The notes under the pieces are model-generated. The model made no database searches. It was not told the origin of the DNA and was given only the letters and a program-made list of their open reading frames with translations. From contig JAXDQU010000071.1 in the NCBI GenBank assembly GCA_034667685.1, positions 1-42,816 on the forward strand: a DNA stretch of 42,816 nt, written 5' to 3'. This document shows positions 16,211 to 25,388 of this stretch, one piece after another. Each line of letters opens with the position of its first letter. Positions within the stretch are counted from its first letter, which is position 1. The DNA is from Thermoplasmata archaeon (GTDB taxonomy: Archaea > Thermoplasmatota > SW-10-69-26 > JACQPN01 > JAJPHT01). A program made the translations under genes and the position numbers.

Positions 16211-16525
16211 TTATAGGTATTCCAGCCTGGATCGGAACCAGCGCGCGATCTCGTCCAACGCGGGCGCGCCGCACGCGACGCGGAGGACGAACGCCACGAT
16301 CTCGTCGTCGCTTGCCCCGACACGCGCACCGTTCAGGTCGAGGAAGACGCGGAGCGCGGCGCGCTCCGCGAGATCGCCCACCTCGAACGGCCCCCAGCGG
16401 GTGCGCTCCAACGCGGCGAGCACGGCGCCTGCGTGGCGGACGCTGCGGTGAGGGGTTCCGAGCGGTCCCTCGCGGAGCACGCGCGCGTGGATCGCCACCA
16501 CCTCGTCGCGCGTCAGGAAGCGCAC
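16211..16525 (-). pseudogene. Doc/Fic-family toxin homologue lacking the catalytic HPFxDGNKR motif
   Basis: VRFLTRDEVVAIH...VRHAGAVLAALER...DLAERAAL joined directly to RVFLDLNG...EIARW. Confidence 0.65.
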
Positions 16526-16637
16526 GCCCCAGGCGAACGACTTCCGGCAGATGATGGTTCTCCGGAGGTCGCGCCACGTGCCCCTCGCGCCCGCGCCCGA
16601 CCAAGGCCTTTTCTGGCGTCGCGGCGTGGCGAAGCGC

Positions 16638-17318
16638 GTGCGCCGCGTCCTTGTCGTGCAGAACGCGCGCCACGAGGGCCCGGGCCATCTCGCCGCGCCG
16701 CTGGAGGAGGCCGGCGCGACGCTGGAGATCGTGCAAGCGTGGGACGGAGCGCGCCTTCCCGCCACGGTGGAACGATATCACGCCCTGCTCGTCTTGGGCG
16801 GGCCCCCCTCGGCCTACGACCTCGCCAGCGGTCCGTGGATGGCGCGCGTGCTCGACCTGCTGCGCGCGGCGCATGGGCGCGTCCCCATCCTGGGCGTCTG
16901 CCTGGGCGCGCAGCTCGCGGCGCACGCGCTGGGCGGGCGGGCGCGGCCGGGCGAGGCGGGCGCGGAGGTGGGCTTCCACGCGCTGCGCTGGCACGCCGAC
17001 GAGCTTGGCGCGCCGCCGCTGGCCCTGCAGCTCCACCACGACACGTACGACCTGCCGCCTGGCGCCGTGCGCCTCGCGTCGTCGGCGCGCTACGCGGAGC
17101 AGGCGTTCCGGCTCGGGCGCGCGACGTACGGCGTCCAGTTCCACGTCGAGATGCGCGCCGCCGGCCTCGCGCCGATCCTCGAAGCGGACCGCAAGGACCT
17201 GGAGGCCGAGGGCGTGGACGTCGACGCGCTCCTGCGGGAGGCCGCGCAGCGCGACGGCGCGATGGCGGACGCGGCCCGCCGGCTCGCGGAAGCATGGTGG
17301 GCCCTTTCGGGCGCGTAG
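16638..17318 (+). CDS. Type 1 glutamine amidotransferase-like protein
   Basis: HEGPG, VLGGP, PILGVCLGAQL, GVQFHVE Cys-His-Glu triad. Confidence 0.88.
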   Translation: MRRVLVVQNARHEGPGHLAAPLEEAGATLEIVQAWDGARLPATVERYHALLVLGGPPSAYDLASGPWMARVLDLLRAAHGRVPILGVCLGAQLAAHALGGRARPGEAGAEVGFHALRWHADELGAPPLALQLHHDTYDLPPGAVRLASSARYAEQAFRLGRATYGVQFHVEMRAAGLAPILEADRKDLEAEGVDVDALLREAAQRDGAMADAARRLAEAWWALSGA

Positions 17319-17584
17319 AATTGGAGGGGGGGACGGGACCGGCAAGTCCCGCCCCCCGGGGGCAACCTTGTCTGGCAACGGCTCGCAGCCGGGCGCACCG
17401 GGGCGCCCGTCGGGCTGTTGAGCCAAGATGGGGGGCGAGGGGGGATATCCTGAGTTGAACCCCTTTGGACGGTGCGGACGCCGGCGTCTTGCACGGTCGT
17501 TGGCCGGGACCCGACCGATCCGATCGGCAAGGCATGGCGGGCCAGAAGAGGATGGGAGAATGCCCGCGAGGGCGAGAAGAGGGC

Positions 17585-17875
17585 CTACAGGACCGACGCG
17601 ACCTTGGTCACGACGATCATGGCGAAGATGAACATCAGCGGGATGATCGCGACGTTCAGGTTGGCCGCGTAGAAGCGGGCCGCCTTCGCCTTCCAGGTGC
17701 TCTGGAGGCGCTCCTCGGCCGCGTAGGCAAGAAGGAGCTCCTTGGCGACCAGGAGGCCGATCAGGAGGAGCGTCGCGAAGACGCCGAGGGCGACGGCCTG
17801 CTGGACCGTGATGGCGGCGACGACAGCGGTCGTCGTGGTCGCCGTCGTGGCGGCAGCGGTGGTCGTGGTCATCAT
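17585..17875 (-). CDS. Small 2-TM membrane protein with Thr/Ala-rich N-terminus
   Basis: MMTTTTAAATTATTTT; LLVAKEL and LNVAIIPL...FAMIVV helices. Confidence 0.7.
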   Translation of the reverse strand: MMTTTTAAATTATTTTAVVAAITVQQAVALGVFATLLLIGLLVAKELLLAYAAEERLQSTWKAKAARFYAANLNVAIIPLMFIFAMIVVTKVASVL

Positions 17876-17943
17876 GATATTCGGGCCTCGAGGGGTGGGT
17901 ATACAGAGCCGGTGTTAAGCTTTGTGGAGGATGGGACCAGCGC

Positions 17944-18633
17944 TCACATCCAGCCCTTGCGGGTGCGCACGAGCACGACTGCGCCGAGGGCCGTGGCGCC
18001 CAGGCCCAGGAGGACCAGCGCGGGAAGCTCGGGCATCGGGATGGTGGCCGTGCTGTCGGCCGTGGCGCCCAGCGTCGTCTGCGTGGGGTAGAGGCCGTTG
18101 CTGTTGCTGGCGATGATCTGGATGGCCGGGTAGGCGCCGCGGGGGATCTCGCCGTCGATCCCGGAGAGGGTGACCGTGGCGTGGCCGATGTCGACGCTCG
18201 TGCCGGTGGGCGGGAGGGGCGCGCCCAGCGCGTGGCCGACGTTGGCGACGACGGCGCGGGGGACGCGGGCGACGTTGACCGCGTTGGACGCCTTCAGGGG
18301 CGTGAAGTGCTCCTGGTGGTCGAGGCCGAGCGCCATGTAGCCCCAGATGGCCTTCACGCTGCCCGAGGGGCTGGTGAGGTAGAGGTCGAAGGCGAAGGAG
18401 CCGCCGTGGAAGGCCGCGGCCGTGGCGAGCGCGGTCGGGTAGGCCCAGGTCGTGGCGACGTTCGGCGCGAGGGCGACGGGGCTCCCCGCGCCGGCCTGCG
18501 CGAGGGCGAGGGTGCTGCCCAGGACGCCCGCGTTGGGCGCGTCCGTGAAGCCGTAGAGCTTCTCGGCGGGTACCGCCGTGACGACGGGCGCCAGGAGGGA
18601 CGCGATGGCGACGGCGAGGACGACGGTTCTCAT
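17944..18633 (-). CDS. Secreted protein with PEF/PEP-CTERM-like sorting signal
   Basis: Signal peptide; C-terminus IPMPELP + ALVLLGLGATALGAVVLV + RTRK; next to exosortase. Confidence 0.78.
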   Translation of the reverse strand: MRTVVLAVAIASLLAPVVTAVPAEKLYGFTDAPNAGVLGSTLALAQAGAGSPVALAPNVATTWAYPTALATAAAFHGGSFAFDLYLTSPSGSVKAIWGYMALGLDHQEHFTPLKASNAVNVARVPRAVVANVGHALGAPLPPTGTSVDIGHATVTLSGIDGEIPRGAYPAIQIIASNSNGLYPTQTTLGATADSTATIPMPELPALVLLGLGATALGAVVLVRTRKGWM

Positions 18634-18798
18634 GGGAAACTCCCCGGTCGTGCGGAACCTTGTGAGCCTATTAGGGGAGAAAGGTAGGCGCCATCTAGAG
18701 GACTGCTCCAGAGCCTAACACCCGCACAGTCCTTCACCAAAAGAGCCAAGCGACCCGAACCGGTCGTGAGCGCCGGCTTTGTCCTCGAGGCTGGCACC

Positions 18799-19125
18799 AT
18801 GCGTCTCCTTTCTCTTCTCGTCCTCGGCGCGCTCCTGCTCCCCCTCGGCTTCGCGGCGCCCCAGGCCCGCCACGACGAGACCCTGAAGCTGACCAACCCC
18901 GGCAAGAACCTGGGCGACCCCTCGGACGACTCCACGGTCTACGTCTCCGCGTGCCGCGGCGTCTCCCTCACCCAGAGGTTCGCCGTCAACGCGGTGGACG
19001 ACTGCCTGACCTCGGGCGTCTATGGCGAGACCAACAAGGTTGATGGCCTCCAGGTCCGCGCCGGCGAAGCGATGGACGGGGACGTCATGGTCGCCTACGC
19101 GGCGGACCCCTCGCTCCTCGCCTAG
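18799..19125 (+). CDS. Small secreted hypothetical protein
   Basis: Signal MRLLSLLVLGALLLPLGFA; first gene of exosortase operon. Confidence 0.6.
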   Translation: MRLLSLLVLGALLLPLGFAAPQARHDETLKLTNPGKNLGDPSDDSTVYVSACRGVSLTQRFAVNAVDDCLTSGVYGETNKVDGLQVRAGEAMDGDVMVAYAADPSLLA

Positions 19126-19140
19126 TCCGGTGACCGCATC

Positions 19141-19998
19141 GTGGAGCCCGCCCACCCCCTCGTCGAGCCCTCGACCCGCCCGCGCCTGTCGTGGCGGATC
19201 GCCGTGGGCGCGATCCTTCTGGCGGGCCTCGCCTTCCTCTTCCGCGCTCCGGCGCTCTTCGTCTGGCGCGCCTGGTGGAGCGACCCCTACTACACGCACG
19301 GCCTGCCCGTCTTCCTCGCGGCCGCGGGCCTCGCCGCCTGGCGCCTCGCGCGCGCCCCCGCCCTCACCGCCCCGGTCCCGGCGTGGGCGCTCCTTGGGCT
19401 GCCCGCGGCGCTCGGGCTCTACCTCGTCGGCTTCCTCCGCGCGGACGCCTACTTCCTGACGTGGAGCTTCCTCGCCCTCGCGGCCGCGGTCGCGCTCGCC
19501 ACGGGCCGGTTGCGCCTGCTCGCGGCGCCGCTCCTCCTGGCCGCGCTCGCCCTGCCCACGCCCTGGACGATCCAGGTCTGCGTCTGGCTCCAGGACGGCG
19601 CGACCGCCGCCACCGCCGCGCTCCTCGGCCTCGCCGGCGTCCCGCTGGAGCGCGGCCTGACGACGCTCACCAGCGGCGCGCTCGCCTTCGAGGTCACGCC
19701 CGCGTGCAGCGGCTTCCAGAGCGCGGTGAGCCTGCTCGCGGTGGGCGCGGCGATCGCAACGCTCTTCCCCATGTCCAAGGCTCGGCGCCGCGTCGTGCTC
19801 GCCCTCGCGGTCCCGCTGGCGCTCGCGCTCAATGTCGCGCGCCTGATCGCCGTCGTCGCCATCGGCCTGCGCTGGGGCGCCGACGCGGCGGAGGGTTTCT
19901 TCCACGGCTTCTCCAGCGCGCTGATCTTCCTCGCCGAGACGATCGTCCTGCTCGCCGCGGCCGGATTGCTATCTCGCCCCCGGGAGGCCCGCGCGTGA
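19141..19998 (+). CDS. Exosortase/archaeosortase family membrane transpeptidase (EpsH-like)
   Basis: W..DPYYTHG, EVTPACSG (catalytic Cys), LNVARL (Arg), FFHG (His); ~8 TM. Confidence 0.9.
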   Translation: MEPAHPLVEPSTRPRLSWRIAVGAILLAGLAFLFRAPALFVWRAWWSDPYYTHGLPVFLAAAGLAAWRLARAPALTAPVPAWALLGLPAALGLYLVGFLRADAYFLTWSFLALAAAVALATGRLRLLAAPLLLAALALPTPWTIQVCVWLQDGATAATAALLGLAGVPLERGLTTLTSGALAFEVTPACSGFQSAVSLLAVGAAIATLFPMSKARRRVVLALAVPLALALNVARLIAVVAIGLRWGADAAEGFFHGFSSALIFLAETIVLLAAAGLLSRPREARA

Positions 19999-20870
19999 GG
20001 GCCGAGGACACGTGGCGCGTCGTCGCGGGCGCCGTCGCGCTCCTGGTCGTCGCGGGCCTGCTCCTCTCCACGCCGAGCATGATCTTCGTGCGCAAGGTGC
20101 AGATCGTCGACACCGAGCTGCGCGACACGGGCCAGCCGCGCACCGTGCTCTCGCGCTTCGACCTGGGCGATCCCAAGGACCTCGCCACGGTCCCGAAGCG
20201 CATGGGCCCGTGGAACGAGACGCGCGAGTACCAGGAGGACCGCATCGCGTCGCTCCTGGGCACGAACGTGCTCCTCTCGCGCGACTACGGCCGCGACGAC
20301 GTCTTCCAGCCCGTCAACCTCCTCATCATCCAGAGCGGCAACGTCAGCTCGTTCCACCCGGCCGCCGTCTGCTATCGCGCGCAGGGGTACGACGTGCCGC
20401 CCGACGAAGGCCGCGTCGTCAACGTCAACGTCCCCAACGTCACGTGGGCCCAGCAGCAGTGGCTCTCCAAGGACGAGCAGAACGTCTTCGACGGCAACCT
20501 GAGCGCGCGTCTCCTGCAGGTCTCGAAGGCCGCGCCCAACGGCTCGGTCCTCGACAAGCGCGTCGCGCTCTACGTCTACCTCAAGCGCGAGGACTGGCGC
20601 GTCACGGACCAGGTGACGTGGATCCGCCTGGAGATGGCGGTGGGCGCCAACACGACCGCCGACGAGGCGCTCCCGATCCTCAGCGACCTCATGCGCGAGG
20701 CCGTGCCCAGCCTCTTCGTGTTCAAGGTGACCGAGGAGCGCACGCTGGGCGAGAGCCTCATCGACCGGTTCGGCGTCGCGGGGGCGGGCATCGTCGCGGC
20801 CGCCGTCGCCGTGCCCTGCTGGCCCATCGCGGCGGCCATCCGGCATTCGGTGCGCGGGCCGAAGCCATAA
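19995..20870 (+). CDS. EpsI-like exosortase-associated protein
   Basis: GTGA overlap; VPKRMGPW, LLSRDY, FHPAAVCYRAQG motif typical of EpsI. Confidence 0.78.
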   Translation: MRAEDTWRVVAGAVALLVVAGLLLSTPSMIFVRKVQIVDTELRDTGQPRTVLSRFDLGDPKDLATVPKRMGPWNETREYQEDRIASLLGTNVLLSRDYGRDDVFQPVNLLIIQSGNVSSFHPAAVCYRAQGYDVPPDEGRVVNVNVPNVTWAQQQWLSKDEQNVFDGNLSARLLQVSKAAPNGSVLDKRVALYVYLKREDWRVTDQVTWIRLEMAVGANTTADEALPILSDLMREAVPSLFVFKVTEERTLGESLIDRFGVAGAGIVAAAVAVPCWPIAAAIRHSVRGPKP

Positions 20871-20917
20871 GGCGAGGGCAGGGCGGCCTTCATGCCACGG
20901 GGCGCGTCTTCCGCCGC

Positions 20918-22270
20918 GTGCCGGACGACGCGCCGTCCCTGAAGCCCACCCTGGGGCTGCTGAGCGCCACGCTCCTGATCGTGGGCAGCAGCATCGGGAG
21001 CGGCATCTTCCGCCTGCCCAGCACGATGGCCGCGCAGGTGGGCTCGCCCTGGCTGCTCATCGGCGTGTGGGTGCTCTGCGGCGTGCTCTCGCTCACCGGC
21101 GCGCTCACGTTCGCGGAGATGGGCGGCATGTTCCCGCGCGCGGGCGGCCAGTACGTCTTCCTCAAGCAGGCCCTCGGCGGCCGGGTCGCGTTCCTCTACG
21201 GCTGGACGTTCTTCTGGGTCATCCAGACGGGCATCATCGCCGCGGTGGCGACGGCGTTCGCGGGCTTCCTCGCGGTGCTCCTGCCGCTCTCGGCCTTCCA
21301 GCAGAAGCTCGTGGCGATGGGCGTCATCGGCCTCCTTTCGCTCGTCAACTACGTGGGCGTCAAGTACGGCGGCGCGGTGAGCAACGTCTTCACGACGCTC
21401 AAGGTCGCGGCGCTCGCGGCGCTGGTGCTCCTGGGCTTCGCCCTCGCGCGCGGGGCGGGCAACTACGCGATGGCGCCGATCCCCCAGACGGCGGGCCTCG
21501 TGGGCTCCATCGGCCTCGCGATGTCGGCCGCGTTCTTCGCCTACGACGGCTGGAACCAGAGCGCCGCGGTCGCCAGCGAGATCAAGGAGCCGCAGCGCAA
21601 CGTGCCGCTCTCGATGCTCTTCGGCGTCCTGGGCGTCATGGTCGTCTACGTGCTGGCGAACCTCGCGTACGTCTACGTGCTGCCGTTCCACGACATCGTG
21701 GCGACCCAGACGCTCGCCTCGGACGTGGCGCGCGTGCTGCTCGGTCCCGTGGGCGCGACGCTCATCACGATCGCCGTGCTCGTCTCGACGTTCGGCACCG
21801 TGAACGCCTACGTGCTATCAGGCCCGCGCGTCTACTATGCGATGGCGAAGGACGGCCTCTCGTACCCCGGCCTCGCGAGCGTGAGCAAGCGCTTCGCCAC
21901 GCCCGACTTCGCCATCCTCGTGCAGGCCGAGTGGGCGATGCTCCTCGTGCTGACGGGCAGCTACAACTCGCTCGTCAACTTCAGCGTCTTCGCGATCCTG
22001 CTCTTCTACGGCATCGCGACGATCGGCTTCTTCCTGCTGCGCCGCCGCGAGCCCCACACGCCCCGGCCCTACCGCACGGTGCTCTACCCGGTGGTGCCGC
22101 TCGTCTTCCTGGCGACGTGCGTGTTCGTCGTCGTCAACACCCTCGTGTCCGACTTCTGGGATGCGTTCTGGGGGCTCGTGCTGATCCTCACGGGCGTGCC
22201 GGCGCTCTTCCTCGTCGAGTGGGCCAATCGGCGGCGGACGCAGGCGGATGGCGAAGTGGCGCCGGCGTAG
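20918..22270 (+). CDS. APC-family amino acid permease
   Basis: GSSIGSGIF, FAEMGGMFPRAGGQY, FAYDGW, EIKEPQRNVP, RPYR; ~12 TM. Confidence 0.92.
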   Translation: MPDDAPSLKPTLGLLSATLLIVGSSIGSGIFRLPSTMAAQVGSPWLLIGVWVLCGVLSLTGALTFAEMGGMFPRAGGQYVFLKQALGGRVAFLYGWTFFWVIQTGIIAAVATAFAGFLAVLLPLSAFQQKLVAMGVIGLLSLVNYVGVKYGGAVSNVFTTLKVAALAALVLLGFALARGAGNYAMAPIPQTAGLVGSIGLAMSAAFFAYDGWNQSAAVASEIKEPQRNVPLSMLFGVLGVMVVYVLANLAYVYVLPFHDIVATQTLASDVARVLLGPVGATLITIAVLVSTFGTVNAYVLSGPRVYYAMAKDGLSYPGLASVSKRFATPDFAILVQAEWAMLLVLTGSYNSLVNFSVFAILLFYGIATIGFFLLRRREPHTPRPYRTVLYPVVPLVFLATCVFVVVNTLVSDFWDAFWGLVLILTGVPALFLVEWANRRRTQADGEVAPA

Positions 22271-22272
22271 CC

Positions 22273-22734
22273 TCACGGCACGCGCGTCAGCGTCACGACG
22301 AAGTCGCCCGTGTTGTCCGCGTAGTAGTCGTCCACGAAGCGCCCGGTGACGGTGCCGCCAAGCGCGAGCGTCGTCGCGCCGTTCACGCAGATGCCGTTCA
22401 CCGCCACGCTCTGGTCGCCGCAGCCGAGGACGCGCGCCTTGGGCGTCGTGCAGAACTCGGAGGCCGCGCCGACGGACACCGCGCACGTGGCGCCGGGGTC
22501 CGGCACCTGGCCCGCGGGCGTGGGCAGGTGGTACACGTTGGTGGCGGTGATGAAGTTGCACGCGCCCGTCACGGTCACGACGTAGGTCCCGCCGGGCACC
22601 CCGATGGAAACGCCGCCCGACGCGTTGCAAGGCACGACCATGAAGAATGGAGCCTGGGCAGCATGGGCCGGCGTGGCGACCACCAGGAGCGGCAGGACGA
22701 GAGCGACGAGCAACGAAGACGCAAGCTTGGTCAA
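22273..22734 (-). CDS. Secreted hypothetical protein
   Basis: Signal peptide ending AHA; six Cys; FVDDYYADNTGDF acidic loop. Confidence 0.65.
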   Translation of the reverse strand: MTKLASSLLVALVLPLLVVATPAHAAQAPFFMVVPCNASGGVSIGVPGGTYVVTVTGACNFITATNVYHLPTPAGQVPDPGATCAVSVGAASEFCTTPKARVLGCGDQSVAVNGICVNGATTLALGGTVTGRFVDDYYADNTGDFVVTLTRVP

Positions 22735-22803
22735 GACAGTTCCCCGCGCCCCGGAGGCGGGTGGCGGTTGATGAAGTCGACTGGAGGAATCGTAACAAAT
22801 CCG

Positions 22804-23571
22804 TCAGCGCAACAAAAGCACGCTCGTCCCGACGTGCCGCACCAGGTCCTCGGTGAAGCTGTGGCCCAGCACGAGGCGGTGCAGGAAGCCCACGGGCCGC
22901 GCGCGCACGATCGTGAGCCAGTATTGTCCCGAGTTGGCCTCCAGCGTCAGCTCGCGCTCGACAAGCCCCTCGCGCTCCACGAGGTCGGCCTCCGCGCCGC
23001 GGCGGCGCAGCGAGTCCAGCGTGGAGGTCAGCCACGGCGCGCCCGTCTGCTGCTGGACCTGCTGGTGGCCCGAGGCGAAGACGGTGTCCTCCGCCGGGTC
23101 GACGTGCACGAGCGTCACGCGCGAGTCGGTGGCCTTGGCGATCTCCGCGGTGACGTCGAGCATGCGCGAGCTGGGGCGGCCGCCCGCGAGCAGGATGTGG
23201 CGTCCCTCGGGCGAGGTGATGCCGCGCAGCGCGAGCACGGGGCGGTCGCACGTCTCGACGACCTTCTCCACCGTGTTGCCGAAGACGCGCCGGAGCAGGC
23301 CAGGGTGGCGGTCGTGGCCGCGCACGACGACGAGGTCCGCCTTCTCGGTGCGCGCCCGATCCACGATGGCCTTGGCCGGATCGCCCGCGGAGACGATGCG
23401 CGTCACCCGCGCGCCGCCCCGCTCCAGCGCCGCCTGCGCGTCGAGCACGGCCTGCGGCGCCGCGTCGCCCACGTGGAGCACGATGGCGGGGTCGGAGTCG
23501 GCGAGCTTCCCGAGCGATTCGAGCGCGGCGGGATCGAGCGGCTTGTCGGAGACGGCGACGAGGAGCTTCAT
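22804..23571 (-). CDS. Universal stress protein (tandem USP domains)
   Basis: GDPAKAIVD...ADLVVV...FGNTVEKVV...RPVL and LGHSFTEDLVRHVGTSVLLLR. Confidence 0.85.
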   Translation of the reverse strand: MKLLVAVSDKPLDPAALESLGKLADSDPAIVLHVGDAAPQAVLDAQAALERGGARVTRIVSAGDPAKAIVDRARTEKADLVVVRGHDRHPGLLRRVFGNTVEKVVETCDRPVLALRGITSPEGRHILLAGGRPSSRMLDVTAEIAKATDSRVTLVHVDPAEDTVFASGHQQVQQQTGAPWLTSTLDSLRRRGAEADLVEREGLVERELTLEANSGQYWLTIVRARPVGFLHRLVLGHSFTEDLVRHVGTSVLLLR

Positions 23572-24626
23572 GACTTCACCTTCCTTCGCGAGCGCCTGCC
23601 CGGGGGCGAATCGAGGAGCGCGGTGAGCGCGGCGCCCGCGTCCTCGTCCTGGCGCGCGTAGTAGCGCGCTTCGAGCACGCCCTTCACGAGCGCGCGCACG
23701 ACGATGATCGAGATGAACACCGCCGCGCCGATGAGCAGGAGCACGGCGACGGTGTTGCTGCCGGGCACGAGCTGCTTGATGGTGAGCGCGATGGCGGGGA
23801 TCAAGACGCTGATGCCGAAGTAGAGGCGGATGCGCATGCCCTTCACGAACTGGGTCGCCATCGTCCCGATCTGCGCGCCCACCGCCGCGCCCACGAGCAT
23901 GACGGCGGCCACGGTCACGAGCACGCGCCCGTCGAGGGCGTAGAAGAACGCGCCCAGCCCCGCGCTGAAGATGATCTCGAAGAGGTCGGTGCCCACCGCG
24001 ATCTTCGTGGGGACCCCGAGAAGATACACGAGCGAGGGCATGCGGATGAAGCCCGCGCCCACGCCGAGCAGGCCCGACGCGAAGCCCGACACGACCGCGA
24101 GCGCGAAGGGGATCCACGCGCTGATGCGCGCGATGCCGGAGGTGGGCAGCGAGAGGTAGGGCGGCAGCTTGAGCGCCTGGACCTTCTCGTGGAGCCGCGC
24201 CTTGCCAGGCTTGCGCGGCGCGTGGCGGATCGCCGAGCGCCAGTAGTCGTGGAGGACGTAGCCGCTGATGAAGAACAGGATCACGATGTAGATCGTGCGC
24301 ACGACGCTCTCGGCGTTGCCCGCGCGCTCCAGCGCCAGGAGGCTCATCTCGCCCAGCTTGAGGCCGATCGTGGTGCCCACGATCATGAACGCGCCCAGCC
24401 GCATGTCGACGTGGCCGAAGCGGCGGTGCTTGATCGTCGCGACGATGCTCTTGCCCATCGTGTGCAGCAGGTCCGTGCCCACCGCGAACGCGATGGGGAG
24501 CCCGAGCAGGTTGAGCCCGGGCGTGACGATCCACGTGCCGCCCACGCCGAAGAAGCCGCCCAGGATGCCCACGACGAGGCCCAGGAGCAGCAGCACGAGG
24601 ACGTTGATGCCCGCGACGTCGATCAA
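23568..24626 (-). CDS. TauE/SafE (TSUP) family transporter
   Basis: GGFFGVGGTWIVTP, AVGTDL (twice), SGLLGVGAGFIRMP; TTG start overlapping upstream TGA. Confidence 0.88.
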   Translation of the reverse strand: MIDVAGINVLVLLLLGLVVGILGGFFGVGGTWIVTPGLNLLGLPIAFAVGTDLLHTMGKSIVATIKHRRFGHVDMRLGAFMIVGTTIGLKLGEMSLLALERAGNAESVVRTIYIVILFFISGYVLHDYWRSAIRHAPRKPGKARLHEKVQALKLPPYLSLPTSGIARISAWIPFALAVVSGFASGLLGVGAGFIRMPSLVYLLGVPTKIAVGTDLFEIIFSAGLGAFFYALDGRVLVTVAAVMLVGAAVGAQIGTMATQFVKGMRIRLYFGISVLIPAIALTIKQLVPGSNTVAVLLLIGAAVFISIIVVRALVKGVLEARYYARQDEDAGAALTALLDSPPGRRSRRKVKS

Positions 24627-24748
24627 TCGAAGGGATCCCCCGGCCGCTCGGGATGCCACCGCTTCAGGAGGAGGTCGGCGAGGTAGCCCAGGAGGAGCCC
24701 CTCCGCGCCGATGCCCACGATGATCCCTGCTGCGAGCAGCCAGGCCAC
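24623..24748 (-). CDS. Small single-pass membrane protein upstream of TauE
   Basis: VAWLLAAGIIVGIGAEGLLLGYLADLLLKRW; TTGA coupling to the transporter start. Confidence 0.5.
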   Translation of the reverse strand: MAWLLAAGIIVGIGAEGLLLGYLADLLLKRWHPERPGDPFD

Positions 24749-24809
24749 GGACGAAGGTGCCTCGTCGGGCGGACATGACGTTTTCCGCTCGGACGCCGAT
24801 GACGGGCGC

Positions 24810-25388
24810 ATGCCAGCAGGCTTTCACGCGGGCAGCCGCGAGCTCCAGGACCGCTTCGACACGCGGCGCATCGCGGACCGGATCGACGAGCTGCTCGTGC
24901 GCGACGAGATGCACGACGAGCAGCGCGCGACGATCGAGGCCGCGCCGATGTTCTTCCTCGCCACCGCCGACGAGCAGGGACGCCCGACGTGCTCCTACAA
25001 GGGGGGCGACCCGGGCTTCGTCACGACGCCCGACGCGCGGACCGTCGCGTGGCCCAACTACGACGGGAACGGCATGTACCTGAGCATGGGCAACCTGCTG
25101 CGCAATCCGCACGTCGGGCTGCTCTTCGTCAGCTTCGAGGACCCCGACCGCCTACGGATCCAGGGACGCGCGAGCATCGCGCCCGACGATCCGCTGCGAT
25201 CACGCTGGCCCGAGGCGCAGTTCGTGGTGCGCGTCGCGGTCGAGCAGGTCTTCCCGAACTGCCCGCGCTACGTGCACAAGATGAAGCTCGTGGAGCGCAG
25301 CCGCTTCGTGCCGCGCGAGGGGTGCGAGACGCCCGTCCCCGAGTGGAAGCAGATGGACTGGTCGCGCGACTACCTGCCGGTGCGGTAA
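24810..25388 (+). CDS. Pyridoxamine 5'-phosphate oxidase-like FMN-binding protein
   Basis: FFLATAD..G.PTCSYKGGDPGFV, YDGNGMYLSMGNL..NPHVGLLF, NCPRYVH. Confidence 0.88.
   Translation: MPAGFHAGSRELQDRFDTRRIADRIDELLVRDEMHDEQRATIEAAPMFFLATADEQGRPTCSYKGGDPGFVTTPDARTVAWPNYDGNGMYLSMGNLLRNPHVGLLFVSFEDPDRLRIQGRASIAPDDPLRSRWPEAQFVVRVAVEQVFPNCPRYVHKMKLVERSRFVPREGCETPVPEWKQMDWSRDYLPVR

Noticed and set aside
17360-17425. Resemblance of minus strand (TCAACAGCCC...GTTGCCAGAC) to IS200/605-associated RNA ends or a c-di-GMP riboswitch
   Set aside because: Only short word matches; core motifs and any tnpB/iscB gene are absent
22765-22810. C/D box sRNA (TGATGA)
   Set aside because: No matching CTGA D box; region is more likely the promoter of the minus-strand gene
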